A DNA stretch of 64,000 nt, from positions 308 through 64,307 of the forward strand of contig JBFMDO010000075.1 of assembly GCA_040753615.1 (NCBI GenBank), read 5' to 3'. Positions 54,109 to 64,000 of this stretch are shown here, piece after piece. The DNA is from Nitrospirota bacterium (GTDB lineage: Bacteria > Nitrospirota > Thermodesulfovibrionia > Thermodesulfovibrionales > SM23-35). How positions within the stretch are numbered: position 1 is the stretch's first letter; the number at the start of each line of letters is the position of its first letter. The notes beneath the pieces are model-generated. The model had not been told where the DNA came from and did not search any database. It saw nothing but the letters and a program-made list of their open reading frames with translations. The position numbers and the translations under genes were made by a program.

Positions 54109-54984
54109 CTATAAGTCCTCCTTTTTTACAGGTTTTTGGTAAACCATATCATGCTTAAAATGCTTAAGCGTAAAGGCAGTAGATATATTTATAAGAGACT
54201 CAGCATGCCCCAGCAATAGATAACCTCCATCTGTAAGTCTCTCAAAAAACATATCTATGACCTTTTTCCTCGAAGGATAATCAAAATAGATTAACACGTT
54301 TCTGCAAAATATTACATCCATCGCTCCTACTAATTTTACCTTATAAGGATCGAGAAGATTTAGATGGCTGAAATTTACATATTTTTTGATGCTGTCTGAT
54401 ATCCTGAAAACACCATCTTCTTCCTGAAAATATTTATTAAGAAAATAAGGCTCTGTTGTCCGGAAAGAGTTTCTCCTGTATTTACCACTTCTTGCTACCT
54501 GTAGCACTCTTTGGTTAATATCACTTCCAAATATCTCTATGTCCCAACCATTGAATTTATCATTTTCACGTATAAACATGGCAATAGTATATGGCTCCTC
54601 CCCTGTAGAACAACCTGCAGACCATATCCTCAGTTTCTTAACCCCTTTATTTTTCTCCCTGAGTTCAGATAGTATCTCTTCATTAAAAGTAGTAAGTTGG
54701 TTTTGCTCCCTGAAAAAATATGTCTCATTAACTGTAAGGATATCTGTTATAATAGCAAATTCTTCCTCGCGGTTTTTATCATAGAGCAAATATCTAAAAT
54801 ATTCTCTAAAACTATTGAAGTGATGGGTTTGTACTCTCCTTGCAAGTCTCTTTTCAAGGAGATACTTCGAATCATCATCAAAATATATTCCGCAATAATC
54901 TCTTATAAGGTCTCTTATAAGCCTGAATACGTCTTCCGGCAGATGTATTAACGCTTCATTTTCTAATACCAATGCTCTCTTCAA
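54109..54984 (-). CDS. cheR: Chemotaxis protein methyltransferase CheR
   Basis: SAM-binding RIWSAGCSTGEEPYT…FCRNVLIYF. Confidence 0.93.
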   Translation of the reverse strand: MKRALVLENEALIHLPEDVFRLIRDLIRDYCGIYFDDDSKYLLEKRLARRVQTHHFNSFREYFRYLLYDKNREEEFAIITDILTVNETYFFREQNQLTTFNEEILSELREKNKGVKKLRIWSAGCSTGEEPYTIAMFIRENDKFNGWDIEIFGSDINQRVLQVARSGKYRRNSFRTTEPYFLNKYFQEEDGVFRISDSIKKYVNFSHLNLLDPYKVKLVGAMDVIFCRNVLIYFDYPSRKKVIDMFFERLTDGGYLLLGHAESLINISTAFTLKHFKHDMVYQKPVKKEDL

Positions 54985-56944
54985 CCGCCTTTTTTACTAC
55001 AGGATCTTCTTCTATATCCAGAAGTTTTTCGAGTTCATTTTTAATGTTTCTTTTAGACTTTCTTTTAGCCAATACTTCAATAGCAGCCATTCTGGTAGCC
55101 CAGTCCTCGTCTCTTAGAAATGGAATTATTTTTTCCTCTATGCCATCAAACGATGAAAGTGATTTTATCGCAGTCCTGATAATTTCTTTATCTTTAGAAG
55201 AAAGCTTGTGAATTAGGGCAGACCTTGCATCGCTCCCACCTATCATGCTTAATGACTCCATGGCTGTTGCAACAACAAACCCATTTTTATCAGAGAGCAA
55301 ACCAATAAGCGGTTTAATTGCCCTTTTATCTTTAAGCATTCCAATGGATCTTGCTGCTGCCCCTCTTACTGAATCATCTGAGTCAGCAAGAAGAATAGAT
55401 AATGCCTCAAAAACCCCATTGCCTCCTATTCGTCCAAGACTCAGAGCTGACATAACCCTTATATCAGGTTTCTCATCAGTTAGTGCGAGGATAAGAAATT
55501 TGATAGACTCCTCTGTCTTAATATTAGAAAAGGCGATAACAACAGCCTTTCTTACACTGATATTCCCATCTTTAAGTGCAAATCCCAGTGCTGGCACTGC
55601 CTCTTTTGCCCTGATTTTCCCAAGTAATAGGGCAGCGTTTTTTCTTATTGCAGGATTAGGATTATCAAGCATGCCTAGCAGTTCAGTGGTAGAAAGCCCA
55701 TCCCTTAAATTATAAAGTGCCTCTACTGCAAATTCCTGTACATCTTCGTATGAATCAGCAAGGAGTTTTTTTACAGGTTCTATTGCCTTTAGATTGCCGA
55801 GCTTGGAAATTGCCAGAGCAGCGAGGGACCGGATGTGTCCATCCTCATGCTCCAGTAGCTTTTCGAGGATATCGTAATAGACAGGGGCAGCAATTTTATC
55901 TGCGACTTCGCATAAGAAACGTTTCTGGGAAAAGCTCTCGGTCTCAAAAAGCCTTAGCAGAGATTCCGGGCTATCTTTCCCTATAAAGACAAATGCCCTC
56001 ATCACATCTTCTCTGAGATTTTCCTCCTGCGAAATTTCAAGCAGAGGAGTATATGCCCTTTCATCCTTCATCATCCCAAGGATAAGTATTGCAACTACTC
56101 TTACATCAGGCTTTTGTGACCATGCATGTGCAACTAATATATCAAGAACCTTATCACCGATAAGACTTTTTATCTCGTCTGTAATAAAATCCTCACTAAC
56201 CCCTTTATGATAAAATCTCTCTATGCTCCGCAGAGCTTCTTCCTGAATGGTCTTTGACGAGTCTCCTATAAAAGGCACTATATATTTCAATGTTTTTGGG
56301 TCTCCAATATAACTTAATGCCTTTATAGCCGGTTCTCTCAGCGTCTTTTTATCAAGTGCCTTTATCAGTGCAGGAATTGCCTTTCTGTCCCCAATTCTCC
56401 CAAGTGCATCAGCAGCAGGATAGGCGCTCCAGAGATCGCCACCCTTGAGAACTTCTATGAGAGAATCTACTACTGACGATTCGCCTACTTTACCGAGATG
56501 CTCTATGGCTGTAGCACGCACATTTTCATCTTCGTCTTTTAATGCATCGAGCATAAGCGGTAGGGATCTGCTGTCCTTGAATTCGCCGAGGATATCTATA
56601 ATGAATTTTCTTACATCCTTGTTAGGTGTGTTGAATGCCTCGATTAAAGAAGTTGTTACCCTTTTATTGAGTCTAACAAGCGCTTCTATTGCAGAATTTC
56701 TTGCGCCTGCGTTGTCTTCGCAATAAAGTAGCTGTATTAACCCTCCCACATATTTTTCAACAGGATAATCTTCAAGGAGGATATCTATAGCCGTATGCCT
56801 TATCCTCCAGCTTATATCTTTCATTCCGGATAGAAGAATATTTATGTAGCGATCGTTCGGCTTTCCCCTTATACTCTCGAGAGCGCCCCTTCTGATCTCA
56901 ACATCATTGCTCTTAAGGAGTTTTGCCAGATTCTCTATTCTCAT
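54956..56944 (-). CDS. HEAT-repeat (PBS-lyase-type) protein
   Basis: More than 15 repeats of the pattern D…VR..A..ALG.IGD..A...L over 662 aa. Overlaps both neighbours. Confidence 0.85.
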   Translation of the reverse strand: MRIENLAKLLKSNDVEIRRGALESIRGKPNDRYINILLSGMKDISWRIRHTAIDILLEDYPVEKYVGGLIQLLYCEDNAGARNSAIEALVRLNKRVTTSLIEAFNTPNKDVRKFIIDILGEFKDSRSLPLMLDALKDEDENVRATAIEHLGKVGESSVVDSLIEVLKGGDLWSAYPAADALGRIGDRKAIPALIKALDKKTLREPAIKALSYIGDPKTLKYIVPFIGDSSKTIQEEALRSIERFYHKGVSEDFITDEIKSLIGDKVLDILVAHAWSQKPDVRVVAILILGMMKDERAYTPLLEISQEENLREDVMRAFVFIGKDSPESLLRLFETESFSQKRFLCEVADKIAAPVYYDILEKLLEHEDGHIRSLAALAISKLGNLKAIEPVKKLLADSYEDVQEFAVEALYNLRDGLSTTELLGMLDNPNPAIRKNAALLLGKIRAKEAVPALGFALKDGNISVRKAVVIAFSNIKTEESIKFLILALTDEKPDIRVMSALSLGRIGGNGVFEALSILLADSDDSVRGAAARSIGMLKDKRAIKPLIGLLSDKNGFVVATAMESLSMIGGSDARSALIHKLSSKDKEIIRTAIKSLSSFDGIEEKIIPFLRDEDWATRMAAIEVLAKRKSKRNIKNELEKLLDIEEDPVVKKAVEESIGIRK

Positions 56945-57404
56945 TAACTATATCTTCTGACTCCTTTGTTTCCTTTAGCATTATCTTTTCCTCTGATGTT
57001 AGGAGGTCGTCTATATTGAGAAGGATTATTATCCTGTCGTCTTTCTTACCAATACCGGAAAGATATTTTCTCCTCAACCCTTTAAATATCTTGGGGGGGG
57101 TCGTTATTTCATCAGGAGCAAGCGATATTATGTCCTTTACTTCATCTACAAGAAGCCCGATCTTCTCAGCATCATACCGTATTGTTATTATGCGGTCTTG
57201 CTTTTTCACAGAAGATTGGATGCTAAACCGCTTTCTTAGGTCAAGAAGGGGTATTATTTCACCCCTTACATTTATAACACCTGAAAGAAATTCAGGCAGA
57301 TCAGGCAGTGTATAAATCTTTTGTGTTTTGAGTATTTCAACAACCCTTTTGATCTCTACTCCAAAATCTTCTTCACCTATCTTAAATATAGCAAATTTCT
57401 CCAC
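56913..57404 (-). CDS. cheW: CheW coupling protein
   Basis: FKIGEEDFGVEI…VINVRGEIIPLLDLRKRF…GLLVDEV. Confidence 0.92.
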   Translation of the reverse strand: MEKFAIFKIGEEDFGVEIKRVVEILKTQKIYTLPDLPEFLSGVINVRGEIIPLLDLRKRFSIQSSVKKQDRIITIRYDAEKIGLLVDEVKDIISLAPDEITTPPKIFKGLRRKYLSGIGKKDDRIIILLNIDDLLTSEEKIMLKETKESEDIVNENRESGKTP

Positions 57405-57453
57405 CTCATCTCCCCTTTTCCAATCTTATAAGTCTGTTTTCTTACTTGTCTCT

Positions 57454-60348
57454 CTAAAGCATTCCTAACTTCAACATCATAACCCTTACATTAGTATATT
57501 CATCGCCAGATGTCTCTTTAAAACCTGTATAACGTTTATATATTTCATGAAGGATTGAAGCCCCTTCAGGTGTTGCATCACTCAGTGATATGAGTGCAGC
57601 CTTTAAGGTATTTCTATCTTTTTCAGGCATTGTCCTGCTTGCGCATATACAGGATACAGGCAGCTCTTCAGAAAACTTTAAACATTTAATCCCCTTGTCT
57701 TTAAACTTATGTGCTATACCATCTGTAATACCACCTGCGTCAAACTTACCCTCTACCACTGCCTCTAATACCTCTTGTTGGGAAGCAAAATATTTATAAT
57801 AAAGCAAATCCTTACAGTCTATCCCGGCTTCAAGAAGCATAAACATAGGTGCTATATAGCTGGACACTGAATGCGGATCTCCAAAAGCAAATGTTCGTCC
57901 CTTGATGTCTTCTATAGAATTTATCCCACTGTTACTCCTCGTTATAATAACTGACCGATAAGTTGACTTTCCTTCTGTCAATGCCTTTACAAGGGGTTGC
58001 ACGCCGTATTTCTTATTTGCTTCCACATATGTAGTTGGAGCCATATAACAGGCATGTGTAATACCGTAACCTATATCTCTTATGGCGCTCTCATACCCAG
58101 AAACTGGCTTTAAGTTAACCTTCCTGCCAAGTTTCTTGCTGAGGTATTCAGCCAATGGAGCGAATCTTTTTATTGCCTCCACAGGTGATATGCCAACAGG
58201 CTCTATTCCAAATCCGAAGACATCTTCAGACATATCATAAACCGTGCTTTCTTCATAGAGCTTAAACCTTTCTGTCTCTTTCGCTACGATCTCAATACTT
58301 CTGAACAAACTTCTCATAGAAAGATTTATATTATATACTGTGTTCATAGTATTTTTAGGTATTTCCTTTATCTTCTCCACAGACAGTAATATCTGTGACG
58401 ACCCTGTCTTTTGCTCACTGACAGACGTGGCTATCTTTTGACTTTCTCCTGTCACAAATTCTACAGAACTGGATATACGTTTGGCAGTTGTGAGCTGTTC
58501 AGACGTTGCGGTCTTAACCTGAGTGGTAACGTCCCTAACTTTTTCTGCTGCCTTTGCAATAAGGGAAACGCCTTTATTCTGTTCGGATGTAGCCATTGCA
58601 ACCTGCGATACCATATTTTTTACCCTTTCCATTGAAGCCGAGACAAACCTTGTTGCCTTTGTCTGCTCTTCTGTTGAGCGGTCTATAGCCAAAGCCATAT
58701 CTGCTGATTGTTTAGACACCTCTATTATCTTTTTTAGTGCATCGCTTGCTCCATCTGCAACCTTTAATCCATCTCCTACTGATTTTAATCCTTCATTCAT
58801 TGCCTGTATGGCGTCCTTTACCTCTTTTTGGACAGTTTGTATAAGAGAGGCTATTTCCTGCGTTGAGAGGGATGTCCTCTCTGCAAGGTCTTTTATCTCA
58901 TCAGCAACAACAGAAAATCCCTTGCCATGTTCGCCTGCCTGCGAAGCAAGAATAGCTGCATTTAAGGCAAGCAAGGTTGTCTGATCAGTTATTTCCTCTA
59001 TAACATTTAATATCTTGCCTATCTCGTTAGATCTGCTGCCGAGTTTCATTATTAAATCTGCTGTTTTTTCTACTGATGATTTAATATTCTGCATTCCTTC
59101 GATTGTCTTCTCTACTGATCTTATTCCAAAAGAGGAGGCATCATTTTTGACCTTTTCTGAAAACATTGCAGATTTTTTTGCATTCTGTTCCACTTCTTTA
59201 ACAGAAGACAAAATTTCCTCTGTTGCAGCGAGCGTCTCCTCTGATGAGGCAGTAAGTTCTTGTGTCCTCTGTACAATTTCTTTTGTTGTTGCAGACAGCT
59301 CCTCTACAGAGGTTGTTGTAGAGTCAACCTCAACTGAAAGTTCTTGTGTAATCTTTGCAACCTGACTTATACTTGTAACCATTTCAGACATTGAAGCGGA
59401 TGTTTCCTCTGCTGAGGCTGTAAGATGTTCGGCAATTTTCGATATCTCTGCGGCGGCTGAATTCATTTGTTCCAGAGAACTTGCTATATTGGCTATTGAC
59501 TCAGATTCGAGCTTTGAACTTTCCGAGACCTTTTCGAATTCAGTCTCTACTTTTTCAGAAACCTCTAAAGCTTGTTTTGAGCTACCCTTGATCCGGTTAA
59601 TGACTCCCCCAAGAGAAAATATAGAGGTATTGATGGACTTGCTAAGCCTTCCTATCTCATCTTTTGATTTAATAGCCACTTTAAAAGAAAGATCTCCTTC
59701 AGCTATTGATTGGCAGGCGGTTTCAATAGATCGTATCGGTGATAACACAATCCTTCTTAAGATAATCCAAAAAAAAAGAGTAAATGCGGCAATGCCAGCT
59801 ATTGAGATTATAGTAGTCCATAAGATAAAGCTCAAACTTTTTCCATAAATCTTTTCGAGTGATGCCCCGACTTTAACAGCGCCTAATATTTTGCCTTCCT
59901 GTGCATGGCAGCTCTTGCAATAAAGAGTGTTTTCAAATGGCTTATAAAACACAATGGTCTTATCAGATTTGGATAAAAATGGGGCAGCGGTTTTAGATAT
60001 TTTTTGCATAACATCCGCTTCTGTTACCTCAGAGGTTTTATTAAATGCCTCCCTGCCCTCTGCATTCAATATTTTAACTTCATCTATGCTTTTTACAGTC
60101 TTAAGTCCATTAATAATCTCATTGGACACCAGAGATTTTTTTTCGACCGTCTCGTGCATAGCCCTCGTGATGTCAATTGTAACTATGGTAGCCACTGCAT
60201 CTAAGTTTTCTTCGGCTGTGGAATAAAGATTATTTTTAAAATATGCAGATACAGAAAGGGACCAGATAATGCCGGCTATCAAAAGAACCATCACAAAAAT
60301 CATATATCGTAGTTCGAGTCTTTCACGTACAAGGTTTATAACATTCAT
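57454..60348 (-). CDS. Methyl-accepting chemotaxis protein with a periplasmic CxxCH module, HAMP, MCP signalling domain and a C-terminal PhnD-like substrate-binding-protein domain
   Basis: Two TM helices. CKSCH at aa 144-148 (nt 59905-59919). HAMP. Signalling hairpin (…[34 protein letters not shown]…). The last ~270 aa match the PhnD/phosphonate-binding pattern (…[10 protein letters not shown]…[15 protein letters not shown]…). Confidence 0.88.
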   Translation of the reverse strand: MNVINLVRERLELRYMIFVMVLLIAGIIWSLSVSAYFKNNLYSTAEENLDAVATIVTIDITRAMHETVEKKSLVSNEIINGLKTVKSIDEVKILNAEGREAFNKTSEVTEADVMQKISKTAAPFLSKSDKTIVFYKPFENTLYCKSCHAQEGKILGAVKVGASLEKIYGKSLSFILWTTIISIAGIAAFTLFFWIILRRIVLSPIRSIETACQSIAEGDLSFKVAIKSKDEIGRLSKSINTSIFSLGGVINRIKGSSKQALEVSEKVETEFEKVSESSKLESESIANIASSLEQMNSAAAEISKIAEHLTASAEETSASMSEMVTSISQVAKITQELSVEVDSTTTSVEELSATTKEIVQRTQELTASSEETLAATEEILSSVKEVEQNAKKSAMFSEKVKNDASSFGIRSVEKTIEGMQNIKSSVEKTADLIMKLGSRSNEIGKILNVIEEITDQTTLLALNAAILASQAGEHGKGFSVVADEIKDLAERTSLSTQEIASLIQTVQKEVKDAIQAMNEGLKSVGDGLKVADGASDALKKIIEVSKQSADMALAIDRSTEEQTKATRFVSASMERVKNMVSQVAMATSEQNKGVSLIAKAAEKVRDVTTQVKTATSEQLTTAKRISSSVEFVTGESQKIATSVSEQKTGSSQILLSVEKIKEIPKNTMNTVYNINLSMRSLFRSIEIVAKETERFKLYEESTVYDMSEDVFGFGIEPVGISPVEAIKRFAPLAEYLSKKLGRKVNLKPVSGYESAIRDIGYGITHACYMAPTTYVEANKKYGVQPLVKALTEGKSTYRSVIITRSNSGINSIEDIKGRTFAFGDPHSVSSYIAPMFMLLEAGIDCKDLLYYKYFASQQEVLEAVVEGKFDAGGITDGIAHKFKDKGIKCLKFSEELPVSCICASRTMPEKDRNTLKAALISLSDATPEGASILHEIYKRYTGFKETSGDEYTNVRVMMLKLGML

Positions 60349-61103
60349 AAACTTATCGCTACTGCCTCTTCCATATTTATTATGGATGTAAAACGATTGC
60401 CTATTACAGCTACACCCCCTATAAACTTGAGTTCCGCCTCTGTAAGATGCGCAGGTGGAGGCTTAACCTCAGTCTTTGCAATTCGAGCAACACCCACTAC
60501 TTTATCTACTATTATGCCGATTGGTCCTTTTGTTCCCTTGATTATCAGTATCTTACACTTCTGATCTATATTCGGGAGTTTGTCTGTAAGTGAAAGTCTG
60601 ACCTTAAGGTCTATTACAGGGATAACCTTGCCTCTTAGAGAAGTTAGCCCAACAACATAATTGGGCGTCTTAGGAACCATGGTTATCCTCTGATATCTTA
60701 ATATCTCTGCAACCTGAGAGATTTCAAAGGCAAAATCTTCTTTTAGCAGGCTAAAAAGAACTAACTCAACAATATCATCAGGCATTTCTTCTTCAATTTC
60801 AGCTTTAGCCTTGACAGGTTCTTCCCTTATCTCTTTTTCCTCTGTTATTTCCGCTTCCTGAGTAAAGCCAGCCGATGTTTCTGTTAATTCTGGTTTCTTT
60901 TCTTCAGCTTCTGTATGCGGTACCTCTTTACCTTCTGTTTTATCTTCTGCCTTTTCTGGTTCGGGGGTCTTTTCCTCAGGCTTTACCTTCTTGCTGTCCT
61001 CTACCTTTTGATCATTGACTTCAGATTGCTGGCTTTCTTTTGTTTCTTTCAGCTTTTTTCTAATTTTCGCGATATCCATTGAGTCCAAGCTCCCTCGCTG
61101 CAT
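60345..61103 (-). CDS. CheW-like domain protein with a ~110-aa K/E-rich disordered N-terminal extension
   Basis: C-terminal [12 protein letters not shown]…[16 protein letters not shown]…GIIVDKV. The start may be the ATG at 61079. Confidence 0.85.
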   Translation of the reverse strand: MQRGSLDSMDIAKIRKKLKETKESQQSEVNDQKVEDSKKVKPEEKTPEPEKAEDKTEGKEVPHTEAEEKKPELTETSAGFTQEAEITEEKEIREEPVKAKAEIEEEMPDDIVELVLFSLLKEDFAFEISQVAEILRYQRITMVPKTPNYVVGLTSLRGKVIPVIDLKVRLSLTDKLPNIDQKCKILIIKGTKGPIGIIVDKVVGVARIAKTEVKPPPAHLTEAELKFIGGVAVIGNRFTSIINMEEAVAISL

Positions 61104-61878
61104 TATTTATAATATATTCATCTATAGATTTTAGCGATTTTCCAAATCCTTCGAGGAGTGCCGATGTAGCAATATTATTTATCATTCTCGGTATGCCACC
61201 TGAGTATTGATAAATTTTTTTAATCGCCTCATCTGTAAATAAAGGATGTCCAAGACCAGAAACCCTCAGCCTGTGATTTATATAATCTTCTATTTCATCC
61301 TCTGTTAAGGGCCCAAGATGATAATATAGTCCGATCCTTTGTCTTAAAGGAAGGTATGTTTTATGATTTAACCTTCTTCTCAGGTCTGTCTGTCCAACGA
61401 GTATAAGGCTGAGAAGGTTTGTATCATCAAGCTGAAAGTTAGTAAGGAGTCTTATTTCCTCAAAGGTGCCTTTGCTTGGTATTAGTTGTGCCTCATCTAT
61501 GATGATTACTGGACATATCCCTGACTCATAGTCCTTATAGACCTTTTCGTAAATTGCCTCAAGTAAATTATCTTTAAAATTATAAGGGATATCTAAATCA
61601 AACCGCTTTGCAATCGTTCTCAAAAATTGAAGAGGTGTTAGCATTGGATTTATTACCAATATTATCCTGTGCTTTTCATCGAGAGAATCTATCAATGCTC
61701 GTGTAAGCGTGGTCTTCCCACTGCCTATTTCGCCTGTAAGCAATATCAGTTCCTTTTCTTCAACTGCATATTGCAATCTCGCTAAGGCTTCTTCATGGGT
61801 CTTGCTTAAAAAAAGAAACCGAGGATCAGGTGTTTTTGTAAAAGGCTTTTGTTTCAAGCCGTAAAAATCTTCATACAT
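61060..61878 (-). CDS. ExeA/GspA/MshM-like AAA ATPase (AAA_22 type)
   Basis: FYGLKQKPFTKTPDPRFLFLSKTHEEALARLQYAV…LTGEIGSGKTTL, Walker B VIIIDEAQ. Overlaps cheA (8 nt) and the downstream cheW-like gene. Confidence 0.8.
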   Translation of the reverse strand: MYEDFYGLKQKPFTKTPDPRFLFLSKTHEEALARLQYAVEEKELILLTGEIGSGKTTLTRALIDSLDEKHRIILVINPMLTPLQFLRTIAKRFDLDIPYNFKDNLLEAIYEKVYKDYESGICPVIIIDEAQLIPSKGTFEEIRLLTNFQLDDTNLLSLILVGQTDLRRRLNHKTYLPLRQRIGLYYHLGPLTEDEIEDYINHRLRVSGLGHPLFTDEAIKKIYQYSGGIPRMINNIATSALLEGFGKSLKSIDEYIINNAARELGLNGYREN

Positions 61879-63832
61879 AAGATACGCCTTCCTGTTTTAC
61901 TAAGGATTTCTCTATCAGGGACTCAACATCAAGGACGAGTATAACCTCATGCTTGCCTATCTCCGCTGCACCAGCGAAACCGCTTAGCCCTTTAAAATAT
62001 TCACCGAGCGGCTTTATAACAATCTCTTGTTGCCCCAGAAGTTCGTCTACAAGAAGTCCTAACTTTCTTTTACCAAGACCTAAAACAACACCGAATGATA
62101 TGTCGCCCTCCGCAGTCTCTATATTGAATATTTTACCTGCACTCATTACTGGAAGCATTTCTCCTCTGAGGTAATACACATATTTCCACTCTATAGTCTG
62201 AATATCTTTATGTTCGATTACTACTGTTTCTGATAATGCTGTTAATGGTATAGCAAATTTCTCTGTGCCAACTCTCACAAGAAGCGCTTTTATTATTGCG
62301 AGTGTGATCGGGAGAGTAAGCGTGAATGCTAATCCTTCATCTTTCTTAGTATAAACCTCTACAAAGCCGCCCATTGCAGAAAGTTTTTCTTTTACTACAT
62401 CCATGCCTACGCCTCTTCCTGAAATCTCGGTTACAGTATCCTTTGTGCTAAATCCTGCTGTAAAAATGAGATCAACCGCTGTCTTCTCATCAATCACGGC
62501 GTTGGGTTCGAGTAATCCTTTTTCTATAGCTTTTTTTCTGACCTTTTCCATATCAATGCCCCTGCCGTCATCTATTACCTCGATTACGACGTGATTCCCC
62601 TTCTGAAACGCCTTTAAAGTAATTTTACCGGCTTCTTTCTTCCCCTTAGATACTCTCTCCTCAGCCGTTTCTATACCATGATCAATTGAGTTTCTTACAA
62701 GATGCATAAGGGGGTCAACTATCTCTTCAGCCAGCGATTTGTCAATCTCTGTATCTTCGCCGTAAAGCATAAGATTTATTTCTTTCCCCATCTCTTTTGA
62801 ATAACGCCTTATCACCTGTGCAAGCCTTGAAAATATCTGACCTATTGGAACCATCCTTATTTCAAGGACTTCATCCTGTAACTCCAGAAGCTTTCTTTCA
62901 AACGTCTGAGAAATCTTATGGGCATCACTCACAAGCGGTGAATAGCGATATGCATCGGATAACTCTGTACTGATTCTCTTAACAGCATCCTTTGCGAGGG
63001 TAAGCTCGCCTATTGTATTTAATATTCTATCAAGTTTATCTATATCAACCCTTACAGTAGTTGCTGCACTTTTAATAGAGCTTTCAAGTCTTCTGGTCTG
63101 TGGCGCCCCTGCCTGTTTTGATTGAACAAGTACGTCTATATCGCTTCCTATTTCTTCTTTTATCTCATTTATTGGATGCCCGCTGGTAAATAAAAGATTA
63201 AAGCCTATATAGCCGTCAGGTATATCTGTGGATGTAGGAAGTGTGGATATAAGTTCACCTTTTGATTTTATCTTCTTTGTCATCTCATCGAGCAATGTGT
63301 CAAAGTTAGAAAGTCCAAATACTGCCTTTGCAATATATATACCCTTGCCATCTTTTATATTTGCCTTAAGCCTGTGTTCCTCATATTCTGAAAGAACCTT
63401 TACTATGGACTCATCTATAACGCCTTGAAGATTAAAACTCTTATCACCTGCTTTTACTGATTCCCTGAAATTCTTTATTCCATCTATATGTTCTGTTAAA
63501 TCTGTTTCTTTGTCTTCCTTAATATTATCAATAGCAGTTTTCATTACATCTATGTTTTTAAAAAGGAAATTTACTACATCATCAGTTACATCCATCTTCC
63601 CGAGTCTTATGTCATCTAATAATGATTCGAGGGCATGGCTGAGATTTGTTATCCCCTGACTTCCAAAGAGTCCTGAAAGTCCTTTTAGCGTATGCATTGA
63701 CCGGAAGAGTGCATTAATTGTATCAGGATTTATTTCTGTCTGGTAAGTATCCTGTATCTCAAGCAATAGTTGCTGGGACTCAAACAGGAGGTCTTCTGCT
63801 TCTGCTACAAATTCTTTTTTAGATGCCTTCAT
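61871..63832 (-). CDS. cheA: Chemotaxis histidine kinase CheA
   Basis: Hpt (FRSMHTLKGLSG), dimerisation domain, HATPase (DDGRGID, GRGVGMD), C-terminal CheW-like domain. Confidence 0.95.
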   Translation of the reverse strand: MKASKKEFVAEAEDLLFESQQLLLEIQDTYQTEINPDTINALFRSMHTLKGLSGLFGSQGITNLSHALESLLDDIRLGKMDVTDDVVNFLFKNIDVMKTAIDNIKEDKETDLTEHIDGIKNFRESVKAGDKSFNLQGVIDESIVKVLSEYEEHRLKANIKDGKGIYIAKAVFGLSNFDTLLDEMTKKIKSKGELISTLPTSTDIPDGYIGFNLLFTSGHPINEIKEEIGSDIDVLVQSKQAGAPQTRRLESSIKSAATTVRVDIDKLDRILNTIGELTLAKDAVKRISTELSDAYRYSPLVSDAHKISQTFERKLLELQDEVLEIRMVPIGQIFSRLAQVIRRYSKEMGKEINLMLYGEDTEIDKSLAEEIVDPLMHLVRNSIDHGIETAEERVSKGKKEAGKITLKAFQKGNHVVIEVIDDGRGIDMEKVRKKAIEKGLLEPNAVIDEKTAVDLIFTAGFSTKDTVTEISGRGVGMDVVKEKLSAMGGFVEVYTKKDEGLAFTLTLPITLAIIKALLVRVGTEKFAIPLTALSETVVIEHKDIQTIEWKYVYYLRGEMLPVMSAGKIFNIETAEGDISFGVVLGLGKRKLGLLVDELLGQQEIVIKPLGEYFKGLSGFAGAAEIGKHEVILVLDVESLIEKSLVKQEGVSYV

Positions 63833-64000
63833 AATTTAATTGCCTGCTTTATAACTTCCTGAAGTTCATGTGCCTTGAAAGGTTTGGTAATATATGCCAT
63901 TGCACCCAATGCAATACCGCGATTTCTATCCTCCTCGCTTCTCTCTGTGCTGACAATTATTAAAGGAATGTGACTGTACTTAGGATTATTCTTCATGAAG
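63829..64000 (-). CDS. CheY-like receiver, C-terminal part only (cut by the window edge)
   Basis: The reverse translation reads …KYSHIPLIIVSTERSEEDRNRGIALGAMAYITKPFKAHELQEVIKQAIKL*. Its TGA overlaps the cheA ATG (ATGA). Confidence 0.8.
   Translation of the reverse strand, partial: FMKNNPKYSHIPLIIVSTERSEEDRNRGIALGAMAYITKPFKAHELQEVIKQAIKL

Overview
AT-rich window (roughly high-30s % GC by eye, not computed) from a diderm bacterium. The gene content is compatible with a Nitrospirota- or deltaproteobacteria-like lineage, but the lineage cannot be determined from this sequence. No rRNA, tRNA, CRISPR array, transposase or integrase was seen. Layout: (1) 255-2756, two orphan P-loop ATPases. (2) 2975-5159, a minus-strand island of small RNA-binding proteins (KH, RRM, Csp). 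(3) 5550-23399, housekeeping genes (ComM/YifB, tmk, holB, PSP1/RicT-like, metG, dGTPase-like, gyrA, mnmG, rho) plus a peptidoglycan-recycling-like pair (DUF4015-like hydrolase; a beta-lactamase-fold/NamZ-like fusion). (4) 23572-33015, a dense two-component and second-messenger island (HD-GYP regulator, two paralogous kinases, a NarL-type pair, single-domain receivers). (5) 33161-51817, a plus-strand cluster of thirteen exported or envelope-protein genes, interrupted once by a short decayed accessory patch. It is built around CsgG-like, LPP20/FlgP-like, FlgT-like, FlgO-like and DUF799-like modules plus CapA-like, DUF3160-like, Memo-like, transglutaminase and beta-helix proteins, and ends in a FecR + CHASE2 cyclase pair. 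I consider this the best candidate for an undescribed envelope system. (6) 51837-64000, a tightly coupled minus-strand Che-like operon with non-canonical members (ExeA-like ATPase, HEAT-repeat protein, coiled-coil GAF protein, and an MCP with a periplasmic CxxCH module and a C-terminal PhnD-like domain). Cutting across the genes are two small repeat families not explained by gene annotation. One is a G/C-run hairpin element, present in frame in the ATP-binding domains of two kinases and once intergenically. The other is 7-nt-period tandem repeats at kinase/regulator junctions, at the window start and apparently in frame inside metG. All family names come from motif recognition by eye; no searches were run.
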